A stretch of DNA of 48,888 nucleotides from an uncultured Candidatus Saccharibacteria bacterium (GCA_964650645.1 CAZYUH010000001.1:705202-754089), one strand, 5' to 3'. Counted from the stretch's first letter, positions 34,606 to 44,466 are shown. Numbers and translations: made by a program. The notes: generated by a model not told the origin, from the sequence alone.

Positions 34606-35583
34606 TTATCGCCCTGAAGCGGCTATGAAATCCTCTACGAGCGCCTCGATTTCCGCGGCGCTGGAAGCGTCCATCATGCGCATCCGGAGCTCCTTGGCGC
34701 CCTCAAACCCCTCGACGTACGCCTTAAAGTGCTTTTTCATGAGCGCGAAGCTCTTGATGTCGCCGAGCGCCTCCTCGAAGAGCCTGGTGTGCTCGACCGC
34801 GATGCGCAGGCGCTCTGCCAGCTCGGGCTCCGGCTTTCCGGAAAACATCCACGGCCGGCCGAATATGCCGCGCCCTATCATGACGCCGTCGCAGCCGGTC
34901 TCCTTGGCGCGCGCCCGCGCGTCGCGCACGTCCTTCGCGTCGCCGTTGCCTATGATGAGCGCGCCGCTCTTCATTTCGTCGCGTATCTCGACCGCGCGCC
35001 TGACGCGCTCCCAGCGCGCGGGCACTTTGGACATTTCTTTTCGCGTGCGCGCATGCACCGTTACCGCCGCAGGCTCCGCCTCCAAGAGCTTGGGCAGCCA
35101 CTCTTCCAATGAATCCTTGTTGTAGCCCAGGCGCGTCTTGACCGACACAGGCAAATTGGGCGCGCCGCGCTTTGCCGCCGCGATAAGCTCCTGCGCCAGC
35201 GCGGGCGTCGTGATGAGCTTGGCGCCCGCGCCCTGCTTCTCAATGGCCCTGTCCGGACAACCCATGTTTATGTCGACGCCGTCGAAGCCGAGCTCGGCCG
35301 CCAGGGCGGCCGCCTTCTCCATATGCGCGGGCACGGCGGTGAACAACTGCGCGACTATCGGGCGCTCGGCCTCGCCGAATACGAGGTCGCGCATCAGCTT
35401 CTTCTTCCCTTCTTCGTTCGCCAGACACAAGCCGTCGGCCGAGACGAACTCGGTCCAGAAGACGTGGGGCCCCGCGGGCCGCGAATACTTCGCGATAGCG
35501 GCGCGGAAGGGCGCGTCGGTCACGTTCGCCAAGGGCGCGAGCGCGAAAAAGGGCTTCGGCAGGGCAGTCCAGAAATTCTTCAT
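34606..35583 (-). CDS. dus: tRNA-dihydrouridine synthase
   Basis: LAPLANVTD, WTEFVSA, GVDINMGCP, VSVKTRLG, TVHARTR, IGNGD, GVMIGRG. Confidence 0.93.
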   Translation of the reverse strand: MKNFWTALPKPFFALAPLANVTDAPFRAAIAKYSRPAGPHVFWTEFVSADGLCLANEEGKKKLMRDLVFGEAERPIVAQLFTAVPAHMEKAAALAAELGFDGVDINMGCPDRAIEKQGAGAKLITTPALAQELIAAAKRGAPNLPVSVKTRLGYNKDSLEEWLPKLLEAEPAAVTVHARTRKEMSKVPARWERVRRAVEIRDEMKSGALIIGNGDAKDVRDARARAKETGCDGVMIGRGIFGRPWMFSGKPEPELAERLRIAVEHTRLFEEALGDIKSFALMKKHFKAYVEGFEGAKELRMRMMDASSAAEIEALVEDFIAASGR

Positions 35584-35649
35584 ACCAACTTATTGACAAG
35601 TTTATTAAAACTTTGCATTGTAGTCAACAGAACAGAAAGGGGCTTCCGC

Positions 35650-35811
35650 ATGACGACTCCGCAGGACGAAGAATGCCGCACCAACTCCGTCACCGTGTTC
35701 TGGGCGCGCGTGCGCTTCGACAGGGAGCGCGGGTATGCGCCGGCAGGGCAGGTGCGTCCTCCGCCCCAGCCGAAGAATGCGCCCTCGCAGGCTCCGCATG
35801 AAAGAGCATGA
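35650..35811 (+). CDS. Possible small protein (53 aa)
   Basis: ATG after GAAAGGGG; TTGACA upstream near 35594; followed by a 13-bp GCAA-loop hairpin (35815-35844). No homology recognised. Confidence 0.3.
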   Translation: MTTPQDEECRTNSVTVFWARVRFDRERGYAPAGQVRPPPQPKNAPSQAPHERA

Positions 35812-35870
35812 AAACGCGCGCCCCGCCGCAAGGCGGGGCGCGCGCAAAGCCCGCCTTACGGCGGGCTCTC

Positions 35871-36671
35871 CTATTTCAGCATGTAGTACAGCTTGTCGCC
35901 GAAGCGCAGGTCAAGGTACTCGAATTCTGCCAGGGAATGCTCCATGAACGGCTCGGAAGCGAGCGCGAGCGAGAAGCGCTCGAACACGTCCCCTCCCGCG
36001 TCGCCCAGGGCGAACTTCAGCACGAACCCGTTGCCAAGCGCCGCTTCCGCGTCGTTGTGCGCGTCGACCGTCACTTTCTTCACGGGAGTGTCGGGGAGCT
36101 TCTGCGACACGGCGTCCGCGAGCGCGAAGAGCGCCTCGAACCGCGCGGGGTCAAGGTACTGCCGCGGCAGGGACGCGCCCTCCGTCGGCCCCGCGTACAT
36201 GACGAACGGGCTCTCGCCCGCGGGCGCGTAGCCGTATACCACGCCCTCCTGGTCCATAAGGAAGCACTGCCCGCCCTCGCACCACAGCGCCTTGGGCTCG
36301 CGCTCAACGACGTCGGCCGCTATGGAATGGAAGCTGGCGGCATGCACGTCGGCCGCGCGCAGTTCGGGAAAAGCCTTGAGCAGGCCCGCGGACAGCGCGC
36401 GCTTCGGGTACAGGAATATGTTGCGCTTGGGGAATACGAAAAGGTACGAGCCGGCGATGCGCTCCTCTATATAGTTCGCGATAGTGCTCGTTGCGAGGGT
36501 CTTGGCCCCAGACACTTCCACGGCGCGTATCTGCAAAAACGGCAGGTGCGAGAGCCCGGCCGCTATTGCGAAAAGGAGCGCGAGCGCGCACAGCGCCACG
36601 AGCGCGAGGCGCCTGCGCATGCGCTTGCGGCGCGCGCGGAGCCTCGACTGCGGCAGGGTGACCCGGGACAT
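35871..36671 (-). CDS. FtsQ/DivIB-like cell division protein (POTRA)
   Basis: Basic N-tail, TM, IRAVEVSGAK POTRA, VVEREPKALWC, EYLDLRFGDKLY. Confidence 0.8.
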   Translation of the reverse strand: MSRVTLPQSRLRARRKRMRRRLALVALCALALLFAIAAGLSHLPFLQIRAVEVSGAKTLATSTIANYIEERIAGSYLFVFPKRNIFLYPKRALSAGLLKAFPELRAADVHAASFHSIAADVVEREPKALWCEGGQCFLMDQEGVVYGYAPAGESPFVMYAGPTEGASLPRQYLDPARFEALFALADAVSQKLPDTPVKKVTVDAHNDAEAALGNGFVLKFALGDAGGDVFERFSLALASEPFMEHSLAEFEYLDLRFGDKLYYMLK

Positions 36672-36680
36672 TGCCTTATC

Positions 36681-37946
36681 TTACCCTTTTTTAATGACGT
36701 CCTTGCCCAAGTACGGCACAAGCGCGGGAGGAATCTTAATGGAGCCGTCTGCCTGCTGGCAGTTCTCCACCAGCGATACGAGTATGCGCGGCGTGGGTAT
36801 TGCGGTCGAGTTGAGCGAGTGCGCGTACTGCATCCTGCCCTCGGCATCGCGATAGCGGATATTGAGCCGGCGTGTCTGGAAATCATGGAAGTACGATGCA
36901 GAGCTTATCTCGCGATACGTGTTCTCCTTCGGCACCCACAGCTCGATATCGTACTTCTTGACCTGCCCCAATCCCAAGTCCCCTCCGCAGTTAAGCACCG
37001 TGTGGTACGGAATCCCGAGCGATTCGATCAGCTCCTCGGTGTTGCGGTTGAGCCATTCATGCCATTTGACCGACTCCTCATGGCTCGCTTCGCACAGCAC
37101 CACCTGCTCCCACTTGAAGAACTCGTGCACGCGGATAAGGCCCTTAACGTCCTTGCTGTGGCTACCGGCCTCGCGCCTGAAGCACGGACTGAACGAAAGG
37201 TACTTCAGCGGCAGCTCTTTCATATCGAGCACTTCGCCCATATGGTAGCCCATGGTCGCCACCTCCGCCGTGCCAGCCAAAAAATCGCCGTCCTGCGTCT
37301 TGTACAAATCCTCTTCGCTTTGCGGAATGTAGCCGGTGCCCAGAAAGTTGACCCGCCTTACAAGCGACGGCACGACCATGGGCGAAAACCCCTTCTTAAG
37401 GAAGAAATCCTGCGCATAGCGCCAGATGGCAAAATTAAGGAGCGCGCCGTCGTTCTTTAAAAAATATCCGCGGAAACCGGCGACCTTCACGCCGCGCTCA
37501 AAGTCAGCCATGCCGAGAGATTCCATGATCTCTATATGGCTCTTCGGCTCGAAATCAAACGCAGGCTTCTCTCCCCACGCGCGCACCTCCTGATTGTCGG
37601 AATCAGAGTCCCCTTCGGGCACGGACGGATCGGGCACGTTGGGCACGGATACCATAAGGAGCTGCCATTCCTTTTCTATAGGCTCCAGCTCCCTCTCATG
37701 CCCGCCCATCTCCTCCTTAAGGACCTTCATGTCGGCAAGCAGAGCCTCCTTTCTCTCCGGAGCCGCGGAGGGTATCTCTTGGCTTGCCTGATTTTGGCGC
37801 GTACGGGCAGCCTCGACGGCAGCAATGAGCTCCTTGCGCCTTGTATCAACGACCAGGAGCTTATCGACATCGACGTCTAGGCGCTTTTTTTTGGCGCCCG
37901 CCTTTACCAGATCGGCATTCTCGCGGATGAACTTGATATCAAGCAT
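36681..37946 (-). CDS. serS: Serine--tRNA ligase
   Basis: MLDIKFIR, FLAGTAEV, FRREAGS, GLIRVHEF, YREISSAS, HSLNSTAI. Confidence 0.96.
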   Translation of the reverse strand: MLDIKFIRENADLVKAGAKKKRLDVDVDKLLVVDTRRKELIAAVEAARTRQNQASQEIPSAAPERKEALLADMKVLKEEMGGHERELEPIEKEWQLLMVSVPNVPDPSVPEGDSDSDNQEVRAWGEKPAFDFEPKSHIEIMESLGMADFERGVKVAGFRGYFLKNDGALLNFAIWRYAQDFFLKKGFSPMVVPSLVRRVNFLGTGYIPQSEEDLYKTQDGDFLAGTAEVATMGYHMGEVLDMKELPLKYLSFSPCFRREAGSHSKDVKGLIRVHEFFKWEQVVLCEASHEESVKWHEWLNRNTEELIESLGIPYHTVLNCGGDLGLGQVKKYDIELWVPKENTYREISSASYFHDFQTRRLNIRYRDAEGRMQYAHSLNSTAIPTPRILVSLVENCQQADGSIKIPPALVPYLGKDVIKKG

Positions 37947-37970
37947 ATAGTCGCGTATGAATATCCTACA

Positions 37971-38840
37971 ATGCAATTCCCCATCCGCCAACTGCGCCAG
38001 CAAGAGCACCCTCCGCTCCTAGCCGAGCTACCGCCTAGCCTCCGGCCCGCTCATTTATATATGCGCGGGGCGCTCCCCGGCCCCGAACGCGCTTACGTAT
38101 GCGTGGTGGGCTCGCGCGCCACGAGCGCGTACGGCCGCCGCGCGGCCCAGCGGCTTATCGCGGGACTTGCCCGGTACCCCGTCGCCATCGTATCGGGGCT
38201 CGCGCTCGGCATCGATGCCGAGGCGCACCGCACAGCGCTCGACGCCGGCCTGCCCACCGTCGCCGTGCTTCCTTCGTCTTTGGACGACGCGAGCATCTAC
38301 CCCGCCACCAACCGCGCGCTCGCGGAGCGCATCCTCGCGCGGGGCGGCGCGCTCATTTCCGAGCACCCGGAGCCGTACAGGCCCGCGCCGTACGACTTTC
38401 CCAAGCGCAACCGCATCGTCGCGGGCATGAGCGCCGCGGCGCTCATCATCGAGGCCGGCGAGAAGTCGGGCACGCTCATTACCGCGCGGCTCGCCCTCGA
38501 TTACAACCGCGAGGTGCTCGTCGTGCCGCACGAGCTGTGGAAGGAGACCGGCGCCGGCGCCAACCGGCTCATACGCGAGGGCGCTACGCTGGTGCGCGAC
38601 GCCGACGATATTTTGCAGGCGCTCGGCTTCAAGGTCGCCGACGCGCCGGAGCAGATGACGCTCCCCGCCGACCTGACCGCGCCCGAAGCCGCCGTGCTCG
38701 GCGCGCTCAGCGAAGCCCGCGAGAAGGACGCGCTCATCGAGGCCGCGGGCCTGAGCGCCCAGGACGCCAATATCGCGCTTTCCTCCTTATTATTGCGCGG
38801 GCTCATTATTGAGCGCCTGGGAAGGATCGAGCGCGCGTAG
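37971..38840 (+). CDS. dprA: DNA-processing protein DprA
   Basis: VVGSR.TSAYG, VSGLALGIDAEAH, FPKRNRIVAG, EAGEKSGTLITA; C-terminal winged helix. Confidence 0.95.
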   Translation: MQFPIRQLRQQEHPPLLAELPPSLRPAHLYMRGALPGPERAYVCVVGSRATSAYGRRAAQRLIAGLARYPVAIVSGLALGIDAEAHRTALDAGLPTVAVLPSSLDDASIYPATNRALAERILARGGALISEHPEPYRPAPYDFPKRNRIVAGMSAAALIIEAGEKSGTLITARLALDYNREVLVVPHELWKETGAGANRLIREGATLVRDADDILQALGFKVADAPEQMTLPADLTAPEAAVLGALSEAREKDALIEAAGLSAQDANIALSSLLLRGLIIERLGRIERA

Positions 38841-38927
38841 CGGGCGGCTCAGCGTTCATTGCCGCGTCAGGAGTTTTATTGTAGAGTGCCAAGCGGTCAA
38901 TTCAGGCCTATACATGGGGAGACTGCG

Positions 38928-39110
38928 ATGAACCTGATTGAGAAGACGGGGCATTCGGGGCTGTACGAGGAACTGAGCGCTTCCGACCAGTCGTTCATAA
39001 GCCGGATAAACACGGCGATAACGTCTGTTCTGTGCGGGGTTCCCGAAGAGCTGCAGATAGAGCTTATGGACCGGCTGGTCCGGGGCGAATTAAACTTCGA
39101 GCTTCAGTAG
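38928..39110 (+). CDS. Small hypothetical protein (60 aa)
   Basis: MNLIEKTGHSGLYEEL... with GGGGAG SD; sits between dprA and topA. Confidence 0.45.
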   Translation: MNLIEKTGHSGLYEELSASDQSFISRINTAITSVLCGVPEELQIELMDRLVRGELNFELQ

Positions 39111-39250
39111 TATCAGTCAGTTGCGTTGCGTAAGCCTCCACCATATGGAGGCTTTATTCTTACTACGCGCATTTGACATATGGTACTGTAGTACGGTATC
39201 ACTCTGTCTTGTCCGCACGGCGCCCTTTTGCGCGCGTGCGCGCACCCCCA

Positions 39251-41470
39251 ATGAAACTGGTAATCGTAGAATCCCCGGCGAAAGCAAAGACGATAGAGAA
39301 GTACCTCAAGGACATAGACACGTCCGGCGATTTTACCGTGCGCGCCTCGGTGGGCCACGTGCGCGACCTCCCCAAATCCAACAAGAAGGCCATCGACATC
39401 CCCGCGGGCTTCGTCCCCCACTACGAGGTGGTGCCCGGAAAGGCGCACGTCATTTCAGAACTCAGGGAGCTGGCGCATAAGGCCAAGGCGGTCCTGCTCG
39501 CGACCGACCCCGACCGCGAGGGCGAGGCCATCGCGTGGCATATAAAGGAAGAGCTCAAGCTCAAGAAGCCCGCCCGCATCGTATTCCACGAGATCACCAA
39601 GGACGCCATCGCCGAGGCGCTGGCGCATCCGCGCCTCATAGACGAGAACCTGCGCCTGGCGCAGGAGGCGCGCCGCGTGCTCGACCGCCTGGTGGGCTAC
39701 GACCTCTCCGGCCTCATCTGGAAGAAGGTGCGCTACGGGCTCTCGGCAGGGCGCGTGCAGTCGCCGGCGCTTCGCATACTCATGGAGCGCGAGCGCGAGA
39801 TACGCGCCTTCATACCCGAGACCTACTGGGTCATCACCGCCGACACGCGCACGAAGGCGAAGGCCGCCCTCCTCTTAACCTGCGCCGACGAGCCGCGCGA
39901 CAAGAAAGTTGCCGACCATATCATACGCGCCGTTGAGAAGGACGGCCTCACCGTATCCGACGTTTCAGAGACCGAGGCTAAGCGCTCGGCGCGCGCGCCG
40001 TTCACCACCTCGACCCTGCAGCAGTCGGCCTCAAGCAGGCTGGGGTACTCGCCGTCCAATACGATGCGCATCGCGCAGAAGCTGTACGAGGCGGGCCACA
40101 TCACCTACATGCGCACCGACTCGACGAACCTCGGCAAGCCGGCGCAGGCCGCGATACTCGCGCACGTGGAGAAGAAGTACGGCGCGCAATACGCGCAGGC
40201 GCATACCTACGCCACCAAATCGAAGAACGCGCAGGAGGCGCACGAGGCCATACGCCCCACCACCATCGCAAAGGAATCGGCCGGCACCACGCCCGAGCAG
40301 AAGAAGCTCTACGAGCTCATCTGGAGCCGCGCGATGGCAAGCCAGATGGCCGACGCCAAGATCCTGCGCTCGAAAATAGAGGCGAAGACGAAAGACGCGA
40401 CCGTGCCCGCGTTCGCAGCCACCGGCTCGCGCGTCGTATTCGACGGCTGGCTCAAGGCCGACCCGGCGGCGCGCGGCGAGGACGTCGAGCTGCCCAAGGT
40501 CTCTCCCGGCGAAGATCTGGACGTAAAGGACGTCTCTGCCGAGGAAAAGCAGACCACGCCGCCGCCCCGCTACACCGAGGCCGGGCTCATTAAAGAGCTC
40601 GAGAAGCGCGGCATCGGCCGCCCCTCTACCTACGCTTCGATCATGCGCACGCTCGACGCGCGCGGCTACGTTGAGAAGGAGGGCCGCTCCCTCAAGCCCA
40701 CCGACACCGGCGACGTCGTCTCGACCTTCCTCGAGGAATACTTCCCCACCTACATATCGGACACCTTTACCGCCGAGATGGAGGACGAGCTCGACCAGAT
40801 AGCCTCCGGCGACCGCGAGTACGAGAAGACGCTCAAGGATTTCTATACCCCGTTCCTGAAAGAAGTGAAGCTCAAGGACAAAGAGGCCGGCAAGATAACC
40901 GACCTCGGCCCTGCTCCCGCGGAATTCCCCTGCCCCGTATGCGGCAGCCCGATGGTCTACAAGCTCTCGCGCGGCGGCAAGTTCATGTCGTGCTCGCGCT
41001 TCCCCGACTGCATCGGCGCGCGCACGGAGGCCGGCGAAGTCCTGAGCAACGACCCCGCCAAGCCCATAGGCCAGCATCCCGACTCCGGCGAGAACATCTA
41101 CGTCCTATCGGGCCGCTTCGGCCCCTACGTTCAGCTGGGCGAGATGCCCGAAGGCAAAGGCAAGACCAAGGCGAAGAAGCCCAAGCGCGCGAGCATACCG
41201 AAGGAAAAGGATCCGGCCACGGTAACCGTTGAAGAAGCCGCGCACTACCTCGCGCTCCCGCGCGAGCTCGGCAAGCATCCGGACACCGGCCTCGACATCG
41301 TCGCCAACACCGGCCGCTTCGGTCCCTACATCGCGCACCACACCCAGCCCAAGGCCGACTTCCGCTCGCTTAAGACCGACAGCCCGTACGACATAACGCT
41401 CGAGCGCGCGCTCGAAATACTGAAAGAGCCCAAGAAGCCCCGGGGCTTCGCAAAGAAAAAGAAGGAGTAG
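39251..41470 (+). CDS. topA: DNA topoisomerase I
   Basis: MKLVIVESPAK, ATDPDREGEAIAW, SAGRVQS, ITYMRTD (catalytic Tyr), GIGRPSTY; one Zn ribbon plus C-terminal GRFGPY repeats. Confidence 0.97.
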   Translation: MKLVIVESPAKAKTIEKYLKDIDTSGDFTVRASVGHVRDLPKSNKKAIDIPAGFVPHYEVVPGKAHVISELRELAHKAKAVLLATDPDREGEAIAWHIKEELKLKKPARIVFHEITKDAIAEALAHPRLIDENLRLAQEARRVLDRLVGYDLSGLIWKKVRYGLSAGRVQSPALRILMEREREIRAFIPETYWVITADTRTKAKAALLLTCADEPRDKKVADHIIRAVEKDGLTVSDVSETEAKRSARAPFTTSTLQQSASSRLGYSPSNTMRIAQKLYEAGHITYMRTDSTNLGKPAQAAILAHVEKKYGAQYAQAHTYATKSKNAQEAHEAIRPTTIAKESAGTTPEQKKLYELIWSRAMASQMADAKILRSKIEAKTKDATVPAFAATGSRVVFDGWLKADPAARGEDVELPKVSPGEDLDVKDVSAEEKQTTPPPRYTEAGLIKELEKRGIGRPSTYASIMRTLDARGYVEKEGRSLKPTDTGDVVSTFLEEYFPTYISDTFTAEMEDELDQIASGDREYEKTLKDFYTPFLKEVKLKDKEAGKITDLGPAPAEFPCPVCGSPMVYKLSRGGKFMSCSRFPDCIGARTEAGEVLSNDPAKPIGQHPDSGENIYVLSGRFGPYVQLGEMPEGKGKTKAKKPKRASIPKEKDPATVTVEEAAHYLALPRELGKHPDTGLDIVANTGRFGPYIAHHTQPKADFRSLKTDSPYDITLERALEILKEPKKPRGFAKKKKE

Positions 41471-41485
41471 TACACTGGCCATACC

Positions 41486-43030
41486 ATGCCCACGCTCAAG
41501 GACATACTCGACCGCATGAGCGCTCCCACCAAGGCCGACAAGGCCCTGGTCGAGAAGGCGTACAACTACGCCGCGCACGCGCACCGCGACCACAAGCGCT
41601 TCTCCGGCGAGCCGTACCTCGCGCACCTCGCGGAAACCGCGAAAGGCCTTGCCGAGCTCGGCATGTCGGCAAAGACCGTAGCCGCAGGGCTCCTGCACGA
41701 TTCCATCGAGGACGTCGGCGTCACCCCCGAGCAGATAGAGGCGCAGTTCGGCAAGGAAATCCGCTTCCTGGTGGAAGGCGTCACCAAGCTCGGGCGCTAC
41801 AAGTACCGCGGCGCCGAGCGCCACCGCGAGTCCCTGCGCAAGCTCCTGGTCGCCACCGGGCAGGACGCGCGCGTGCTCATCATCAAGCTCATGGACCGCC
41901 TGCACAACATGCGCACGCTTGAGCATGTCCCGCAGGAGAAGCGCCGGCGCATCGCGCTCGAGACGCTCGAGATTTACGCGGCCATAGCCCACCGGCTGGG
42001 CATGGGTCTCGTGCGCAGCGAGCTGGAGGACCGCGCGTTTACGTACGCCTACCCCGAAGAGTACGCGGAAGTAAAGAAGCTCATCGCGGAACGCAGCCGC
42101 GAGACCGCGGAGCGGCTCGAGAGCATGACCCGCACCCTGCGCAAGGAGCTCGCGAAGAACGGGCTTTCGAAATACCGCGTCGACAGCCGCGTGAAGGGCC
42201 TCTGGAGCCTCGCGCAGAAGCTCAAGCGCAAGGACGGCGACATCTCCAAGGTGCACGATATCGCGGCGGTGCGCGTCATCGTGGAGAGCGTGGAGGACTG
42301 CTACCGCGCGCTGGGGCTCGTGCACAACTTCTGGCAGCCCCTGCCCAATAAAATCAAAGACTACATCGCCTTCCCCAAGCCCAACGGCTACCGCGGCCTG
42401 CACACGACCGTCTTCGCGGGCGACGGCGGCATCGTCGAGATACAGATACGCACCAAGGAGATGCATAGCGATTCGCAGAACGGCATCGCCGCGCACGTGG
42501 CGTACAAGGAGGGCGGCAAGGGCTCGCACGGCGGCGGGCAATCGAGCTTCGACTGGATAAAGAGCCTCATACCCTCGTTCCGCCGCGACAGGAAGGAGGC
42601 GCACGGCGACGCCCCCGAATTCTCGCGCGCCACCCAGAGCCGCTACGGCGGCCCGGCGGCGCCCGAGTGGCTCGCGGAGCTGGGCGAGGAGGCCGAGGAC
42701 CCGGAGTTCGAGAGGACGCTCAAGACCGACATATTCACGCACCGCGTGTTCATATTCACGCCCAAGGGCGACGTGGTGGACCTTCCCTCCGGATGCACGC
42801 CTCTGGATTTTGCCTACGCGATACACTCCGACATCGGCGACAAGGTATACGCCGCGAAGGTCAACGGCAAGCTGGTGCCTCTGGACACCGTGCTCCACAA
42901 CGGCGACATCGTCGAGATTCAGACGAAGAAGACCGCGCACCCCACCAAGAAATGGCTCGATTCCGCCAGGACCACGCTGGCGCGCCGCCACATCCGCCTC
43001 GCGCTCGAGCGCGAAGAGAAGGGCTCCTAG
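41486..43030 (+). CDS. rel: RelA/SpoT homologue (HD + synthetase + TGS; no distal regulatory domains)
   Basis: RFSGEPY..H, LLHDSIED, IKLMDRLHNMRTL, DYIAFPKPNGYRGLHT, VEIQIRT, FTPKGD...DFAY.IHS. Confidence 0.9.
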   Translation: MPTLKDILDRMSAPTKADKALVEKAYNYAAHAHRDHKRFSGEPYLAHLAETAKGLAELGMSAKTVAAGLLHDSIEDVGVTPEQIEAQFGKEIRFLVEGVTKLGRYKYRGAERHRESLRKLLVATGQDARVLIIKLMDRLHNMRTLEHVPQEKRRRIALETLEIYAAIAHRLGMGLVRSELEDRAFTYAYPEEYAEVKKLIAERSRETAERLESMTRTLRKELAKNGLSKYRVDSRVKGLWSLAQKLKRKDGDISKVHDIAAVRVIVESVEDCYRALGLVHNFWQPLPNKIKDYIAFPKPNGYRGLHTTVFAGDGGIVEIQIRTKEMHSDSQNGIAAHVAYKEGGKGSHGGGQSSFDWIKSLIPSFRRDRKEAHGDAPEFSRATQSRYGGPAAPEWLAELGEEAEDPEFERTLKTDIFTHRVFIFTPKGDVVDLPSGCTPLDFAYAIHSDIGDKVYAAKVNGKLVPLDTVLHNGDIVEIQTKKTAHPTKKWLDSARTTLARRHIRLALEREEKGS

Positions 43031-43034
43031 ATAG

Positions 43035-44102
43035 TTATATAGAAAAGCTCCCCGGGTCGAAGGTGTTCTCGTCGCGCTCGCGCTCCTCGCGCGTGCGGTC
43101 GTCAAGCTCGGGGACGAGCTGCTCGGGCGCGGCGGGCGCGAGCAGGAGCACGGGAGCGCCTACAATGGGCGCCGCCTGCCCTGCGGCAGGCGCCGCGGAT
43201 GAGGGCGCTTCGCCCGCGCCGTTCTGCACCGGCGCGCTTTCTTGCGCGGGCGCGGCGCCCGCCTTCCCGTGCGCGAACCGGCTCGCCAGGCTCGCGAATA
43301 TCACGCGCAAGTCCTCCTCGCCCATGAAGTCGATAACGAGCTTGCCGCCGTTCTCCTTCGTCTCAATGGCCACGCGCGTGCCCAGCGCCTCGCCCAGCTC
43401 TTTCTCCATGTCCAAAATCTCGGGCGAGTACAAGTACTCCTTCTTGCGCACGCGGTCGGTGGCGATGCGCCGCGCAATGGCCTCCGTGTCGCGCACCGTG
43501 AGCCGCTTGAGCATCACCTCCCGAAAGAGCGTGTTCTGCTCCTGCGGCCGGTCGTTGAGCATGAGGAGCGGACGGGTGTGGCCCTCGTTTATGCGGCCCT
43601 CGGTAAGCGCGTCGAGCATCTCCTGCGGAAGCGCGAGCAGGCGGATGGAGTTGGAGACGTACTCGCGGCTCTTGCCCACCTTCTCGGCCACCTCGACATG
43701 CTTGAAGCCAAACTCCGAGACGAGCTGCTGGAACGCCTTGGCGCGGTCCACCGGGTTGAGGTCCTCGCGCTGGAGGTTCTCGACTATAGCGAGCTCGAGC
43801 TTGGTCTTGTCGTCATCCTCGGCCTCGCGGATGAGCGCGGGGACCGTGGCGACGCCCGCCAGCTTGCTGGCGCGCAGGCGGCGCTCCCCCGCCACCAGCT
43901 CGTACTCGGTCGCCAGCCCGCCGTCAGGCTTCTGCACCTCGCGGCGCGTCACGGTAAGCGGCTGGATGACGCCGTACTGGCGTATCGAGCGCGCCAGGTC
44001 GTTCAATTTCGCCTCGTCGAACTCGCGCCTAGGCTGGAACGGGTTAGGCTTTATCTTGTCGACCTCGACCCAGAAGATGGCGTTATTGTAAAACTGCGAC
44101 AT
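43035..44102 (-). CDS. parB: ParB/Spo0J chromosome partitioning protein
   Basis: NPFQPRREF, GVIQPL, AGERRLRA, ENLQREDLNP; TGC-TAGAAT 7 nt upstream. Confidence 0.93.
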   Translation of the reverse strand: MSQFYNNAIFWVEVDKIKPNPFQPRREFDEAKLNDLARSIRQYGVIQPLTVTRREVQKPDGGLATEYELVAGERRLRASKLAGVATVPALIREAEDDDKTKLELAIVENLQREDLNPVDRAKAFQQLVSEFGFKHVEVAEKVGKSREYVSNSIRLLALPQEMLDALTEGRINEGHTRPLLMLNDRPQEQNTLFREVMLKRLTVRDTEAIARRIATDRVRKKEYLYSPEILDMEKELGEALGTRVAIETKENGGKLVIDFMGEEDLRVIFASLASRFAHGKAGAAPAQESAPVQNGAGEAPSSAAPAAGQAAPIVGAPVLLLAPAAPEQLVPELDDRTREERERDENTFDPGSFSI

Positions 44103-44148
44103 TGGCGATATTCTAGCACGCATAGCCCCTTTGTTGGAAACGGGCGAT

Positions 44149-44229
44149 GCCGGAGTGGCGTAATGGTAGCCGCGCTCGACTCAAAATCGAGTCCCGCAAG
44201 GGGTGTGGGTTCAAGTCCCACCTCCGGCA
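44149..44229 (+). tRNA. tRNA-Leu (CAA)
   Basis: GCCGGAG/CTCCGGC acceptor, CTCGA-CT-CAA-AA-TCGAG, long variable arm, GGTTCAAGTCC; CCA not encoded. Confidence 0.95.
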
Positions 44230-44466
44230 CAGAGGGTAGCGATGTGCCGGAGAAGGCCATGCCGGTGCATGGCCTGCGGGAGGCTTGAAGGGCGGAGCGA
44301 TGTTTTGCACTTGCAAAACCGCGAGCCGGGGATGAAAGGCAAACTGCTTTGCCTTTCATCCGGTGCCGAAGGCAAGCGCCGATGCCGCCTTGCGGCAGGC
44401 GCTAGGTGGACGCGGCGCTTGGCTGGCGAGCAGGGCCGACTTGTGGTCAAGTCCCACCTCCGGCAC
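44211..44466 (+). mobile_element. 236-bp non-coding mini-element duplicating the tRNA-Leu 3' end
   Basis: TCAAGTCCCACCTCCGGCAC at 44211-44230 and 44447-44466 flanks a hairpin-rich insert. Confidence 0.7.
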
